From contig JANRKS010000024.1 of the NCBI GenBank assembly GCA_033763315.1, forward strand, positions 1 through 64,000: a stretch of DNA of 64,000 nucleotides. The letters are read 5' to 3'. The number at the start of each line of letters is the position of its first letter. The first letter of the stretch is position 1. The DNA is from Deltaproteobacteria bacterium (GTDB lineage Bacteria > Myxococcota_A > Polyangia > Fen-1088). Below the pieces are notes generated by a model, which saw nothing but the letters and a program-made list of their open reading frames with translations, did no database searches and was not told the DNA's origin. The translations under genes were made by a program, and so were the position numbers. This document shows, piece after piece, positions 49,647 through 58,643 of the stretch.

Positions 49647-50789
49647 TCAGCGGGGACGGCTCAAACGTCGCGCGAACTTCGCCGAGCGAGACAGCAGATT
49701 CTTCGACGACGTCACAAACCTTTTGGCGACCCGCGAGGCTACATCTTGATCAAGTGATTGAAGGTGGCGCTTGATCACGTCCTCAAGCGTCGTCTCGAAC
49801 AGCGATTTGAGGTCGCCCGCCTGACCTGCCCGTTTCCGTGCAACCACCATAATTCCGTAGCCTTGCGAGGGATCCCGACGCCAATGCTTTAGCACGACAT
49901 TTTCCATCAAAAACTTTTGGAACCAGAGCATCGGCATCGCGTGATGGGTGCCAGCCAATTTCACTTCGGCCGTGAGGGGCATACCCAGATCCCAAACCAG
50001 CCAAGTGACGACATCAAGGGGCGTATACCCAACGTGGAAATCACCCACGCCAGAACACTCCATCAAGCGCTTTAGCCCCGCACCGGTGAACCTCGTGAGA
50101 TGATGGGGGGATGTGTCGCCCACCCCGCCCTGCAGCCAGAACGATCGCTCCTCGCCTTGGCCGTTGGATCGCCAGTACGGCCGCTCAACGTTGGGCACTG
50201 AAAGAATAAGGAGACCGTCATCCTCCAGGCGTTCCATCGCGCGCGCGATCAAGCTGATGGGATCGGCCACATGTTCGATCACCTCCAACGCCGAAATGAT
50301 TGCGAACCTTCCAGGGGCGGCATCTAGGCTGGGATAGACGGTGGCGCCCTCGACTTGCGTCGTAATGAAGGCGCGGCTTCGCATGGACACATCAACGCCA
50401 ACGATCTCGTGGCCAGAGCGGCGAGACAGCTCCATTAAGAATCCATTTCCGGCGCCCAGGTCCAAGTGCCGACCCCTTGCCGTCTTCTCAAGCAAAGCCG
50501 CTGCAATTGAACGGTTAAAGCACGCCCCATTCGAGCACCGCTCGGTGTCGCTCACCTGTTCTCGAAACGACTCCGAAGCCTGCGCATAAGTTGCAGCAGC
50601 TTCGTAGGCCTCGTCATAGTCCATTTCCTTTCGGGGTAGGGCAAAATGTGAGCGACACCCTGAACAGACAAACCACTTATAGTCGTGCTCCTGCGGCAGC
50701 GAAGGGTGGTGGTTCGGCAACAGGGAGTGATTCCCCTGTTCACGACAGGCAGGGCATCGGGGAGGGACTGAGAGCTCAAAGTGTGTCAA
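49647..50789 (-). CDS. Class I SAM methyltransferase with N-terminal zinc ribbon
   Basis: CPAC...CSGC, LDLGAGNG, EVIEHVADP, LSVPN, PHHLTRF. TTG start at 50789 with AGGA RBS preferred over the ORF-track start. Confidence 0.82.
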   Translation of the reverse strand: MTHFELSVPPRCPACREQGNHSLLPNHHPSLPQEHDYKWFVCSGCRSHFALPRKEMDYDEAYEAAATYAQASESFREQVSDTERCSNGACFNRSIAAALLEKTARGRHLDLGAGNGFLMELSRRSGHEIVGVDVSMRSRAFITTQVEGATVYPSLDAAPGRFAIISALEVIEHVADPISLIARAMERLEDDGLLILSVPNVERPYWRSNGQGEERSFWLQGGVGDTSPHHLTRFTGAGLKRLMECSGVGDFHVGYTPLDVVTWLVWDLGMPLTAEVKLAGTHHAMPMLWFQKFLMENVVLKHWRRDPSQGYGIMVVARKRAGQAGDLKSLFETTLEDVIKRHLQSLDQDVASRVAKRFVTSSKNLLSRSAKFARRLSRPR

Positions 50790-50820
50790 CGCTGGTTCCT
50801 GTGTTTTTGGGCGAGGATTT

Positions 50821-50837
50821 TGGCAAGGAGCTTGCCA
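50821..50837. promoter_or_regulatory. Palindromic site matching sigma-54 -24/-12 spacing on both strands
   Basis: TGGCAAG-GAG-CTTGCCA gives GG-N10-GC in both orientations, between divergent methyltransferase genes. Confidence 0.45.
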
Positions 50838-51065
50838 CACGAGACCGCTAATAAGGATCGAGGTGGCGTAGCAAGTGAGTGCACAGTCGACCAGCCCAAA
50901 TGAGCTGGAGGCAAGGCCAGTCCGCCGTCCGGGAGCCACGGCGAAACTCTTGACACGAGAGTAGGCGATGAGGCAGTAAGGGGCGCGCGCTTCATCATTT
51001 GTGTGTCGCGGTCTTCGCGCTGAATCGCTCCGCGCCGCCCTGCTTACCTTAAGGAATATAGTCCG

Positions 51066-51944
51066 TTGAAGTACTCGCCAACTCAAATGCCGAGGCTCTC
51101 TGAGGAGAGTTCGGCGGCCTTTTTGGGCCGGACAGCTGCCTACGTCCGACATGCCCCATTTGCACTTGCGATTCGAGAACTTAACCGCCTTTTGGCCATG
51201 GAGATGCTCGACTCGGAACAACCAAGCCTGCGGTCTCCGGTTCTCGACGTGGGTTGTGGCGACGGCTTCTGGTGGTCATTGCCGGGACGCCACCGACCCG
51301 AAGTCTACGGCGTCGACATCGCTGAACGTGAGGTCGCTCAAGCCCAACGGCATATCAAAGCGGAGGTGTGCGATATCTCCACGACCGTTCCCTTCCCACA
51401 GCTCAGATTCAAAGACATCATCGGGAACTGCTCTCTCGAGCACGTCCGCGACATCGATTCGGCACTCAACAACTTGTTCCGCTGCGCGGCGGACGATGCA
51501 AGGTTGGTGCTTTTCGTTCCATCGCCCGAATGGGCTTTTCATGGACGCACTCAGAAAACGTTCATGAAGCTTTCGCCCCGGCTTGCCATGATGACTTCAG
51601 GAATGGCGAACGGATTCTTTCAACACTGGCACCTTTACTCACCGGAGGTCTGGGCAGCCACTTTGGAGCGGAACGGTTGGCGTCTCAAGACGGTCTACGG
51701 CCTTGGAAACGAGCGCTCGGAGTTTTTGTTCCGCATGTTTCTCCCACCAGCATTCATGGGTTTCCTGGCAAAAGTAGCCTTTGGAGTGTACCCCAACCGC
51801 CTCCTAAGCAAAGTTCCTGATTCGTTCTTTGCCCCTATGCAAAAGCTTCTCAAATGGGGGCTCGCTTCTCCTTTGGTCCCTGCAGATGACCCCGACGTGT
51901 ATGAATTCGTTCTGGTGTGTGAGCGGGCCAATGACTCGAAGTAA
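51066..51944 (+). CDS. Class I SAM-dependent methyltransferase
   Basis: PVLDVGCGDG, GVDI, NCSLEHV. Confidence 0.85.
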   Translation: MKYSPTQMPRLSEESSAAFLGRTAAYVRHAPFALAIRELNRLLAMEMLDSEQPSLRSPVLDVGCGDGFWWSLPGRHRPEVYGVDIAEREVAQAQRHIKAEVCDISTTVPFPQLRFKDIIGNCSLEHVRDIDSALNNLFRCAADDARLVLFVPSPEWAFHGRTQKTFMKLSPRLAMMTSGMANGFFQHWHLYSPEVWAATLERNGWRLKTVYGLGNERSEFLFRMFLPPAFMGFLAKVAFGVYPNRLLSKVPDSFFAPMQKLLKWGLASPLVPADDPDVYEFVLVCERANDSK

Positions 51945-52566
51945 AGACTATTTCAACAATCATTCCCGAGTCAGGAGCTTCCCCTGGAGCCTCTATCACG
52001 ACCCGCTTGAGCGAAGCCTTCAGAACTTCATGCACCGTCGCGCGGCCAAGGGTGAAACGTTGGACCTGCTTGTGATTGGCTGTGGCTTGATGCAGGAGCT
52101 AGCAGATCTTCCCCCAAACATCCGGATCACCGCGATAGATATAGACCATCGCGCCACCGACGCACTTGCTGCCCGAGGTGACAGCCGAGTCATCGAAGCA
52201 AAAGCGGTTTCGCCTTCCCAGAACCTACGCGAGATCGGCACCTTCGATGTGATTTATGCCAAAGAGGTCATTGAACACATCCTTGACCCCGATGATTACT
52301 TCAAACAGCTCTTGGCCGTGCTTAGACCGGGCGGTGGCATCTGGCTCAGCACACCTAATTACGGCGAGCCGTGGTTGCCTCTTGTCGAATCGACATTCTT
52401 GGAAGTTGTGGCTCGCGCTTCGGGCTTTACACGCAAAGGCATCCATCCCACACCTTTTTCGCGCGAGCGCCTCACTCGAGGCTTGCAGAACGCTGGGTTT
52501 AAGAACGTTCAGGTATCACCCGTTTCTTTCAGGCTGGCTCTGGTTGCAGAAGCTGAGAAGAAGTAA
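51931..52566 (+). CDS. Class I SAM-dependent methyltransferase
   Basis: LLVIGCG, AIDID, FDVIYAKEVIEHI.DP, LRPGG..WLSTPN. Overlaps the upstream stop. Confidence 0.82.
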   Translation: MTRSKDYFNNHSRVRSFPWSLYHDPLERSLQNFMHRRAAKGETLDLLVIGCGLMQELADLPPNIRITAIDIDHRATDALAARGDSRVIEAKAVSPSQNLREIGTFDVIYAKEVIEHILDPDDYFKQLLAVLRPGGGIWLSTPNYGEPWLPLVESTFLEVVARASGFTRKGIHPTPFSRERLTRGLQNAGFKNVQVSPVSFRLALVAEAEKK

Positions 52567-52601
52567 GCGACGGGCCCTTGATGATCTTCCGCGGGTAGAG
52601 G

Positions 52602-53897
52602 ATGAATTTTCGTAGCGGTATCCGGATTGCCTCGCAGCGCATCGAGGCCCTGCCCCTGTGGGCGTGCACGCTCTGGATCGCGCTGTTGATTGCCCTAAGA
52701 AATCCGCTGCCGCTCGTTCGCGCCGAACTGTGGGCAGAGGACGGCGTGTACTTTTTTCAGGGCTGGTGGGAACAGGGGATTCGAAGCGTATGGACTCCGG
52801 TAACCGGTTATCACCTGCTGTTGTCGCGGCTTGTGGCTTGGCTTTCGGGCACAATGTTTCCGATCGTTGCCATTCCCTACGCTTACGCGGTTGCCGCACT
52901 TGCGATAAACGCTTTCTGCATGGCTTATCTGGTGCGACCAGGCTTTGCATGGATCTTTCCGTCTCGAGTCGGCCGACTCTTCGTTGCGTGTCTCATAGCG
53001 TCGGGACCGGGAACGTCAGAGGTATTTCTGAATTTGGCGAACCTTCAGGCAGGGTTGACATGGCTGGGCGTGCTCTTGCTGCTGGAACAGCCTTGGAACC
53101 TAAGTCGGCCGAAGATTTTCGTTCTTGTTGCTGTCTTCCTCTCAACAGGCAGTGCGTTCGTCTTGGGGCCTATACTCGTGTATTTGCTCTTCGTCACGCG
53201 CCGTCGAAGCTACTTTTATCTGCTGCTTCTGCTGGCAGCCGTTCTTGCAGTGAACGCCCTTAGCCACTCAAAATCGATGGCCTCATTCACGGGGTACGAA
53301 AACGTTCCGAAGGTGCCGGAAATTGTTTTGAGCAACTTCGCCCTACGCTTCTTTCTTGTACCTTTCTTCGGTGAACAGGGAGCTTTGCCGGTCTTCAAAA
53401 GCGGCTTCCTTGCCTTCTGGTCCGTGTGCGCGGGGCCCGCCATCGTCGCCGGCATTGTCTTCCAAAAAAGCAGCTGGCCGGTGAAAGAGAAACTGACCTT
53501 TACGGTCGTAGCCATCGCCGCGTCGCTGATGTTGGGTGCCATCGCCCTGACCCGCGCGTACAGCGTGCCGCTCCTCGTTCGCGGTACTGGACACGTCCTA
53601 TGGGACGTTCGCTATTCATTCCTCCCAGGAGCGGTGGCACTGCTCTACTGGACGGCGGCCCTTTTGCGGTTCCGTTCGCTCGGATCGTACGCGGCCGTCG
53701 CTCTCATCTGCTTTAACATACTCACGCACTGGCGGAACGTCCCGATCCGTCCCGACTTGGACTGGCCGGAGATGGCGCAAAACATCGAGAGCCTGTTGCG
53801 AGAAAAGTCCGCGGGCAACCTAACGGAAACAAGGGCGCTTGAGATCAAACTGCAGCCCCCGGCCTTCGGTCCGATGAAACTAACAGTGACTCCGTAA
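52602..53897 (+). CDS. Multi-pass membrane protein, probable GT-C glycosyltransferase
   Basis: LWAEDGVYF acidic loop after TM1, GYHLLLSRL, E...NLAN, RYSFLP, about 11 TM helices. Confidence 0.62.
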   Translation: MNFRSGIRIASQRIEALPLWACTLWIALLIALRNPLPLVRAELWAEDGVYFFQGWWEQGIRSVWTPVTGYHLLLSRLVAWLSGTMFPIVAIPYAYAVAALAINAFCMAYLVRPGFAWIFPSRVGRLFVACLIASGPGTSEVFLNLANLQAGLTWLGVLLLLEQPWNLSRPKIFVLVAVFLSTGSAFVLGPILVYLLFVTRRRSYFYLLLLLAAVLAVNALSHSKSMASFTGYENVPKVPEIVLSNFALRFFLVPFFGEQGALPVFKSGFLAFWSVCAGPAIVAGIVFQKSSWPVKEKLTFTVVAIAASLMLGAIALTRAYSVPLLVRGTGHVLWDVRYSFLPGAVALLYWTAALLRFRSLGSYAAVALICFNILTHWRNVPIRPDLDWPEMAQNIESLLREKSAGNLTETRALEIKLQPPAFGPMKLTVTP

Positions 53898-53952
53898 CCG
53901 CATCAAGGCGAGCGGCCATGTCGCTTGATTTGTCGAGGCGAAAAAACATTCA

Positions 53953-54819
53953 TCACCCGCGCCGCCACAGGGACTTGGCCACCCGCGCGGCGTGCTTCAA
54001 CCGTGTGCGGGCGTGGCGCGGGTAGCCTTTCGCCAGAAGGAACGCAGAATATGTCAGTCCTTCCATGGCGGCGATTAACCTCGTAGCCCTCGACGAACGC
54101 ATCTCAATGGTGAAGTCGGCGTCGGACGAGGCGATGCTTTCCCATCGCTCAAGCGAAACGGACGCCATGTCTCTTATCGATAGAGTGTGTTCCACCACGA
54201 CATCAAGAATGAACAGGTGTTTGCCAGAGGCGTAAGCATCGGCGCAGAACCAAAAATCAACCGCATCGAGCCGATAATGCTTTGGGTATCCGCCTCGTTG
54301 CCGCAAATGCCCGACCCGCACAAACATGCCCGAGTTTATGGCCACAATCTCTTCGCGTACGGGCCCGCTTGAACTCGCGGCAACATTGAGTCTTGGCCGG
54401 CTAAAGATAAATCGCTTCGGAGAACTGATGCGACCTTTGATGCGCACTTTCGGCACAAAGGCCACACAGTCCGATGTTGCGCTGGAAAGGCACTTGTTAA
54501 ACTGAAGAAGGTAATCCTGCGGTATGGAGCTGTCCTGGTCTAGCAGCAGCAGCCATTCGATGGATCGTTCTTCACAAAAGCCCAAGGCGAAATTGTATGC
54601 ACTGACCAGGCCTCCATTTAGGGGGTCATGATGGTAATGCTCCAAAGCCTCGACGGTGCCCGCGGGTAAAGGCTGCGGACTGTTGTCGTAAACGATGAGC
54701 TGCACCGCAATGCCTGCACGAGCACAAGCCTTCTTGAAGCTCCGATAACTTTCGGATTCTTCAAGCGAGCACTTGTACAAGACTAAGACGGCTGCAAGAG
54801 ACAGATTATGCATTGGCAT
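53953..54819 (-). CDS. GT2 glycosyltransferase, paralog of 48062-48925
   Basis: VLVLYK, VYDNSP, HD..NGGL..AY, WLLLLDQDS, AINSG, LDAVD, H.LSI.D. Confidence 0.85.
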   Translation of the reverse strand: MPMHNLSLAAVLVLYKCSLEESESYRSFKKACARAGIAVQLIVYDNSPQPLPAGTVEALEHYHHDPLNGGLVSAYNFALGFCEERSIEWLLLLDQDSSIPQDYLLQFNKCLSSATSDCVAFVPKVRIKGRISSPKRFIFSRPRLNVAASSSGPVREEIVAINSGMFVRVGHLRQRGGYPKHYRLDAVDFWFCADAYASGKHLFILDVVVEHTLSIRDMASVSLERWESIASSDADFTIEMRSSRATRLIAAMEGLTYSAFLLAKGYPRHARTRLKHAARVAKSLWRRG

Positions 54820-54832
54820 ATGAAAAGGTCTC

Positions 54833-56671
54833 TCAAAAGCATTTATGACATAGAGACTGAGGCGTGGGTTTCCACCTCACCCGGTACGTTTCACACGAAG
54901 CGCCACCGCGCGACAATTCAGCTCGCCAGTTCTCCAACTCCGCCGCAGGTCCATTGGGGAATGCATCGTGCTCCGGGGAAACCCAAAACACGCAATGGCC
55001 GGGCGAACGATCAGGCGGAAAAAAGGCCTGTATGCTCGTGTGGTAACCCAAAGAGCCATTCATGAAACTGAAGAATGGAAAATTGTTGGTCAGGTAGCCG
55101 CCAAAGGTCGCGTGATTCTTGGCGAGGAGGCCAACGATCTTCCTCGTCGCAGCGCGATCAGATAAAGGGCGAAGCATGGAATAGACAGGGCCACGTCCAT
55201 CCACTCTTTCTTCATAGGAAGGCACATACCTGAAGAACACCTGCTTCCACGCCTGAGGTGCGAATCTTACGGCCGTGAACACTACCAAGGCAGCCATGAT
55301 TTCCGGCACAACTGTTTGCCACCTCGTTCGAGAAATCAGACTGCGGGCATTGGCCACAAGAGCGCCCGCCGCGTGGCTTGCGATGACGACTGCAGCACCA
55401 ACGAGCATGCAGCAGGCAAGGAACTGATACTTATTGATGTAGTAGTATTTCGTCGCAATCGACTGAAAATACGCTGTAGCGGCAGCATTGGCGGCAGCAA
55501 AAGCTAAGGGAAATCGGACGGCTCTGAAGAATCCGCTCGTGCCGAAAGACTCGACGGCCTCTTTGTCTGAGCCTCGCAGAAGCGTAGCTGCCACCAGAGA
55601 GGCAACAAGGAGGCATAGGTGCACGGAAAGGAGTTGAGGCACGGAGTGCTGAGCGAGACCGCCCCAAAGGGAGAAAAGCGGTTCCAGCGCGTCGAAACCT
55701 AAGTAAGCGGCTACTCCCGCGCCCACTGCCGCTATGGCGTTCACAGCCCGCCGCGTGTCACACGCGACATCCACGAGACAGACCAGTGCAACGGCTGCGG
55801 CAGCGTCACCTAGATTCAATCCATAGCAGTATCTCAAGAACCCAAGGCCACATACGAGGCCTACGGCGCGTCCCGTAGGTGATTTTATGAGAGCGTCAGC
55901 GACCCAGATGGTGCAAAGGCCAACCAACGCGAAGACTTGCGGGTAGAACCCCATGCCCTGCAGGTAGTGCAGCGCAATGAGGGCACCACCGTCGAGGAGG
56001 CGCGCGCCTACAAAGGCCACGGCGAGCAAGGCCGCAGCCACCGCCAAAGGCCGTCCTGTGAAGCTTTGGCGAATCGAATTCACTGTGACGAACGCAATCG
56101 TTGCGGCAAACATCCCGATGGCAAAGTGAAAGCTAAGAGCCACGGACCAAAAACCATCAAAGCCCAACGACTGCGCCCAATGTGCAAAAGAATACTGAGC
56201 AACGAATCCAAAGTACTCGGCTGGATTGTCATTGATGAACCGGTCAATAACAAACGCGTGGGTACCGCCGTCCCATCCGTCAATGTTTGGAAAGCCGGCG
56301 AAGTCTGAGTTCCAAAGACGCCATACGGCGAACGTGGGTAAAGCCAGAACGCAGAGTTCCCAACCCAGCGACTGCAGCACCCATCTGATGGACCAAGCTT
56401 GTGCCCACTTTCGCCGGGCTCGAAGGGCGAGCATCCCCAACCCAACAATCATAGGAAGAGCGCTGACAGCGAGGCAAAGCGATGCGTTCCAATGGGAGAG
56501 GGCCCGCATCGGCCCACTGAGCCACAGGGGAGAAGTGATCAGCATCGTCAAAGGGAAAAGGACGGTTGCGCCTTCCGTCTCCCCTAGCGTGAATATTTTC
56601 CGAATGGGTGACATAACCTTCGCGGCGAAGGGCGCTAGAAATGAGCGGAATTGAGGCTCGATCGATGACAC
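54833..56671 (-). CDS. Multi-pass membrane protein, possible GT-C fold
   Basis: Many TM helices, WDGGTH loop, GFYPQ, YYINKY, soluble Cys-containing C-terminal domain. Confidence 0.55.
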   Translation of the reverse strand: MSSIEPQFRSFLAPFAAKVMSPIRKIFTLGETEGATVLFPLTMLITSPLWLSGPMRALSHWNASLCLAVSALPMIVGLGMLALRARRKWAQAWSIRWVLQSLGWELCVLALPTFAVWRLWNSDFAGFPNIDGWDGGTHAFVIDRFINDNPAEYFGFVAQYSFAHWAQSLGFDGFWSVALSFHFAIGMFAATIAFVTVNSIRQSFTGRPLAVAAALLAVAFVGARLLDGGALIALHYLQGMGFYPQVFALVGLCTIWVADALIKSPTGRAVGLVCGLGFLRYCYGLNLGDAAAAVALVCLVDVACDTRRAVNAIAAVGAGVAAYLGFDALEPLFSLWGGLAQHSVPQLLSVHLCLLVASLVAATLLRGSDKEAVESFGTSGFFRAVRFPLAFAAANAAATAYFQSIATKYYYINKYQFLACCMLVGAAVVIASHAAGALVANARSLISRTRWQTVVPEIMAALVVFTAVRFAPQAWKQVFFRYVPSYEERVDGRGPVYSMLRPLSDRAATRKIVGLLAKNHATFGGYLTNNFPFFSFMNGSLGYHTSIQAFFPPDRSPGHCVFWVSPEHDAFPNGPAAELENWRAELSRGGASCETYRVRWKPTPQSLCHKCF

Positions 56672-56808
56672 GAGGGATCAGTTCTCTGCGAAGGTGACAG
56701 CGCGACCGGGCACATGGGCAAAACGATCGACTTGTCACCCTTACCCGGGACTGGCCGGCACTTCAATCCTCCTGATTGCGGCTTCGCAACATTCGCACAC
56801 GGAAATTG

Positions 56809-58596
56809 CTAAAGTTTTCGTCCCCGGAACAGCCCGTCATTGTCGCGATCAATCAAAATGGGACTGGTCGTGGCGAACGCAGGCATTCCGGGCTCCTCGC
56901 CAGCTCGCGGGACGCATTTTGAACGTCCATACTCGAGTGCGGAGGTGTACTGCCCCACCAACTGGGGAGGCAGGATCGCCGCGCTGTCGGTTTCCAACGT
57001 GAGGGCGGCATCTGCGGCTGGCAGTTGCACAACCGCATCCTTTCGAAAATCGATGGCTTTGCCTTCGCTGCCGATGGTCCACGATTCAACCACCTGGCCA
57101 TCCACAAGAAGGCGGGCGGTCTGCACGCTCACCCAATTCGCCGCTTGAACCCGTACCGCCACAGTGATGGCAGGCGCATTTGTGGACAGGAACTCGCCCT
57201 CACCGATAGCTCCCACTCGCAGACTTAGCAGAGCCGCCGTTGAAGCTGACGTCCTGCGGGCACGAACACCGTCAACGAGGGCCGCCATGTTCATCTTGGC
57301 GTCGCCGCCTTGCTTTGCGCGAATCCAGGTTCTGGGGTAGCCCGGGACCATTCCGCCAGTGTAGTGGCTGTCAGAACCAGCCACGGCGGCCGTAACGAAG
57401 CCAAATCTCATCAAGGCCAGCCATGTGTCAGTTGCAACCCTGATGCGCGAACTGCACACCTGCCAGGCATTGAGGACCTCAAAGCCGTCAAAGTCCTGCG
57501 AACACGGCGGCGGCGTAAGCAGATCGCCTTTCGCCCAATCACCACAAGAGCCGCTATCAAAATACGCACTCCAGCCAAGCCGCGGGTGGTTCACGATCAG
57601 CAGCGGCTTGGACGTAAGCGCGCGCACGTTAGCGAATAAGCTGGGAGCCGTTGATGAGATTGCAGGAGCTCCCCCTCTCGGCTTCCTTACGTCAACGGGC
57701 AAAGGAAATACACCGAAGTGACCGGCCGGGCCACCGACCTCTTGCCCACTCAAGGCGACGATGGGCCGTGTTGCCTGGGGCCAAAGAGTGGCCACGAGGG
57801 GAGCAGGGTCGAGCAAAGCATCGTGGTTCGAAAGCACAACGACATCAAGGCCATTGACAGCCGACACCTTCAATTGTGAGGACGGATCCGTCCCAGAGTC
57901 ATTGGACTCCGGCTTATTGTGCACGTGGAGATCGGCAGAGATGTATTCAGCAGAGTCAACAGTGCGCTGTAAAGGCACGACCAATGATACCTCTCCACGA
58001 TCGGGGCTAACGTCTACACGCGTGACGTAGGAGTCAAACTCTGGCCCATGCGTGACCTCAAGCTCTAGATTACCAAAGGGCACCTGAGACTGTGTCATCG
58101 TCTTGCCGGACACATCACGGTGGGTCCACGGTTTGCCCACCATGACCGTGCCTTCACCCTTCCAGAAAGCGAGGCCATGCAAGAAGGCGAACACACCCGG
58201 ACGCTTCGGATCTAGCTCTTTGGCAGATTCGGCTTGACCCCATGCAGGGAGATCAGTGAAGTTGCCAAACTTGACTGGCAAGCCTCCGCTATCACGGAAC
58301 GTGACCAAAGCGGGCAAAAGTGCTCCTGTTTGTGCATCAACCACCTTGATTTTGAGGCGCGTAGCGCGAAGAGCGCTGGCGTCGGACGCACGATCATGGC
58401 AGCCGAAACTCGCGACACACAATCCGCTGAGAACAATGCCAGGCACCCAGAGCCTCCTAACGACGACTGCAAGGTTCGGCCACATATCAAGTGAGTCTAC
58501 TACGGCTAAGGGGCATGCGTCCGTGGGAAACAGGCGCTTAACAACAACTGTCACAGGGGTCACAACGCGATGAAGTGACTTCATTTTGCACGGCAA
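56809..58596 (-). CDS. CehA/McbA-type PHP metallohydrolase, probable lipoprotein
   Basis: HGPEF, ADLHVH, SNHD, GHFG.FP, NHPR, FEVLN, GSDSH, GYPRT. Lipobox-like SFGC. Start uncertain. Confidence 0.82.
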   Translation of the reverse strand: MPCKMKSLHRVVTPVTVVVKRLFPTDACPLAVVDSLDMWPNLAVVVRRLWVPGIVLSGLCVASFGCHDRASDASALRATRLKIKVVDAQTGALLPALVTFRDSGGLPVKFGNFTDLPAWGQAESAKELDPKRPGVFAFLHGLAFWKGEGTVMVGKPWTHRDVSGKTMTQSQVPFGNLELEVTHGPEFDSYVTRVDVSPDRGEVSLVVPLQRTVDSAEYISADLHVHNKPESNDSGTDPSSQLKVSAVNGLDVVVLSNHDALLDPAPLVATLWPQATRPIVALSGQEVGGPAGHFGVFPLPVDVRKPRGGAPAISSTAPSLFANVRALTSKPLLIVNHPRLGWSAYFDSGSCGDWAKGDLLTPPPCSQDFDGFEVLNAWQVCSSRIRVATDTWLALMRFGFVTAAVAGSDSHYTGGMVPGYPRTWIRAKQGGDAKMNMAALVDGVRARRTSASTAALLSLRVGAIGEGEFLSTNAPAITVAVRVQAANWVSVQTARLLVDGQVVESWTIGSEGKAIDFRKDAVVQLPAADAALTLETDSAAILPPQLVGQYTSALEYGRSKCVPRAGEEPGMPAFATTSPILIDRDNDGLFRGRKL

Positions 58597-58643
58597 GCGA
58601 GACGTCCCGGCAGGGCGCGCGGTTCACCCAACCCGAAAAGCGA

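Noticed and set aside
50790-51221. Long N-terminal extension of the 524-aa ORF 49647-51221
   Set aside because: It overlaps the divergent gene at 51066 and has no recognisable motifs. A TTG start with RBS at 50789 fits better.
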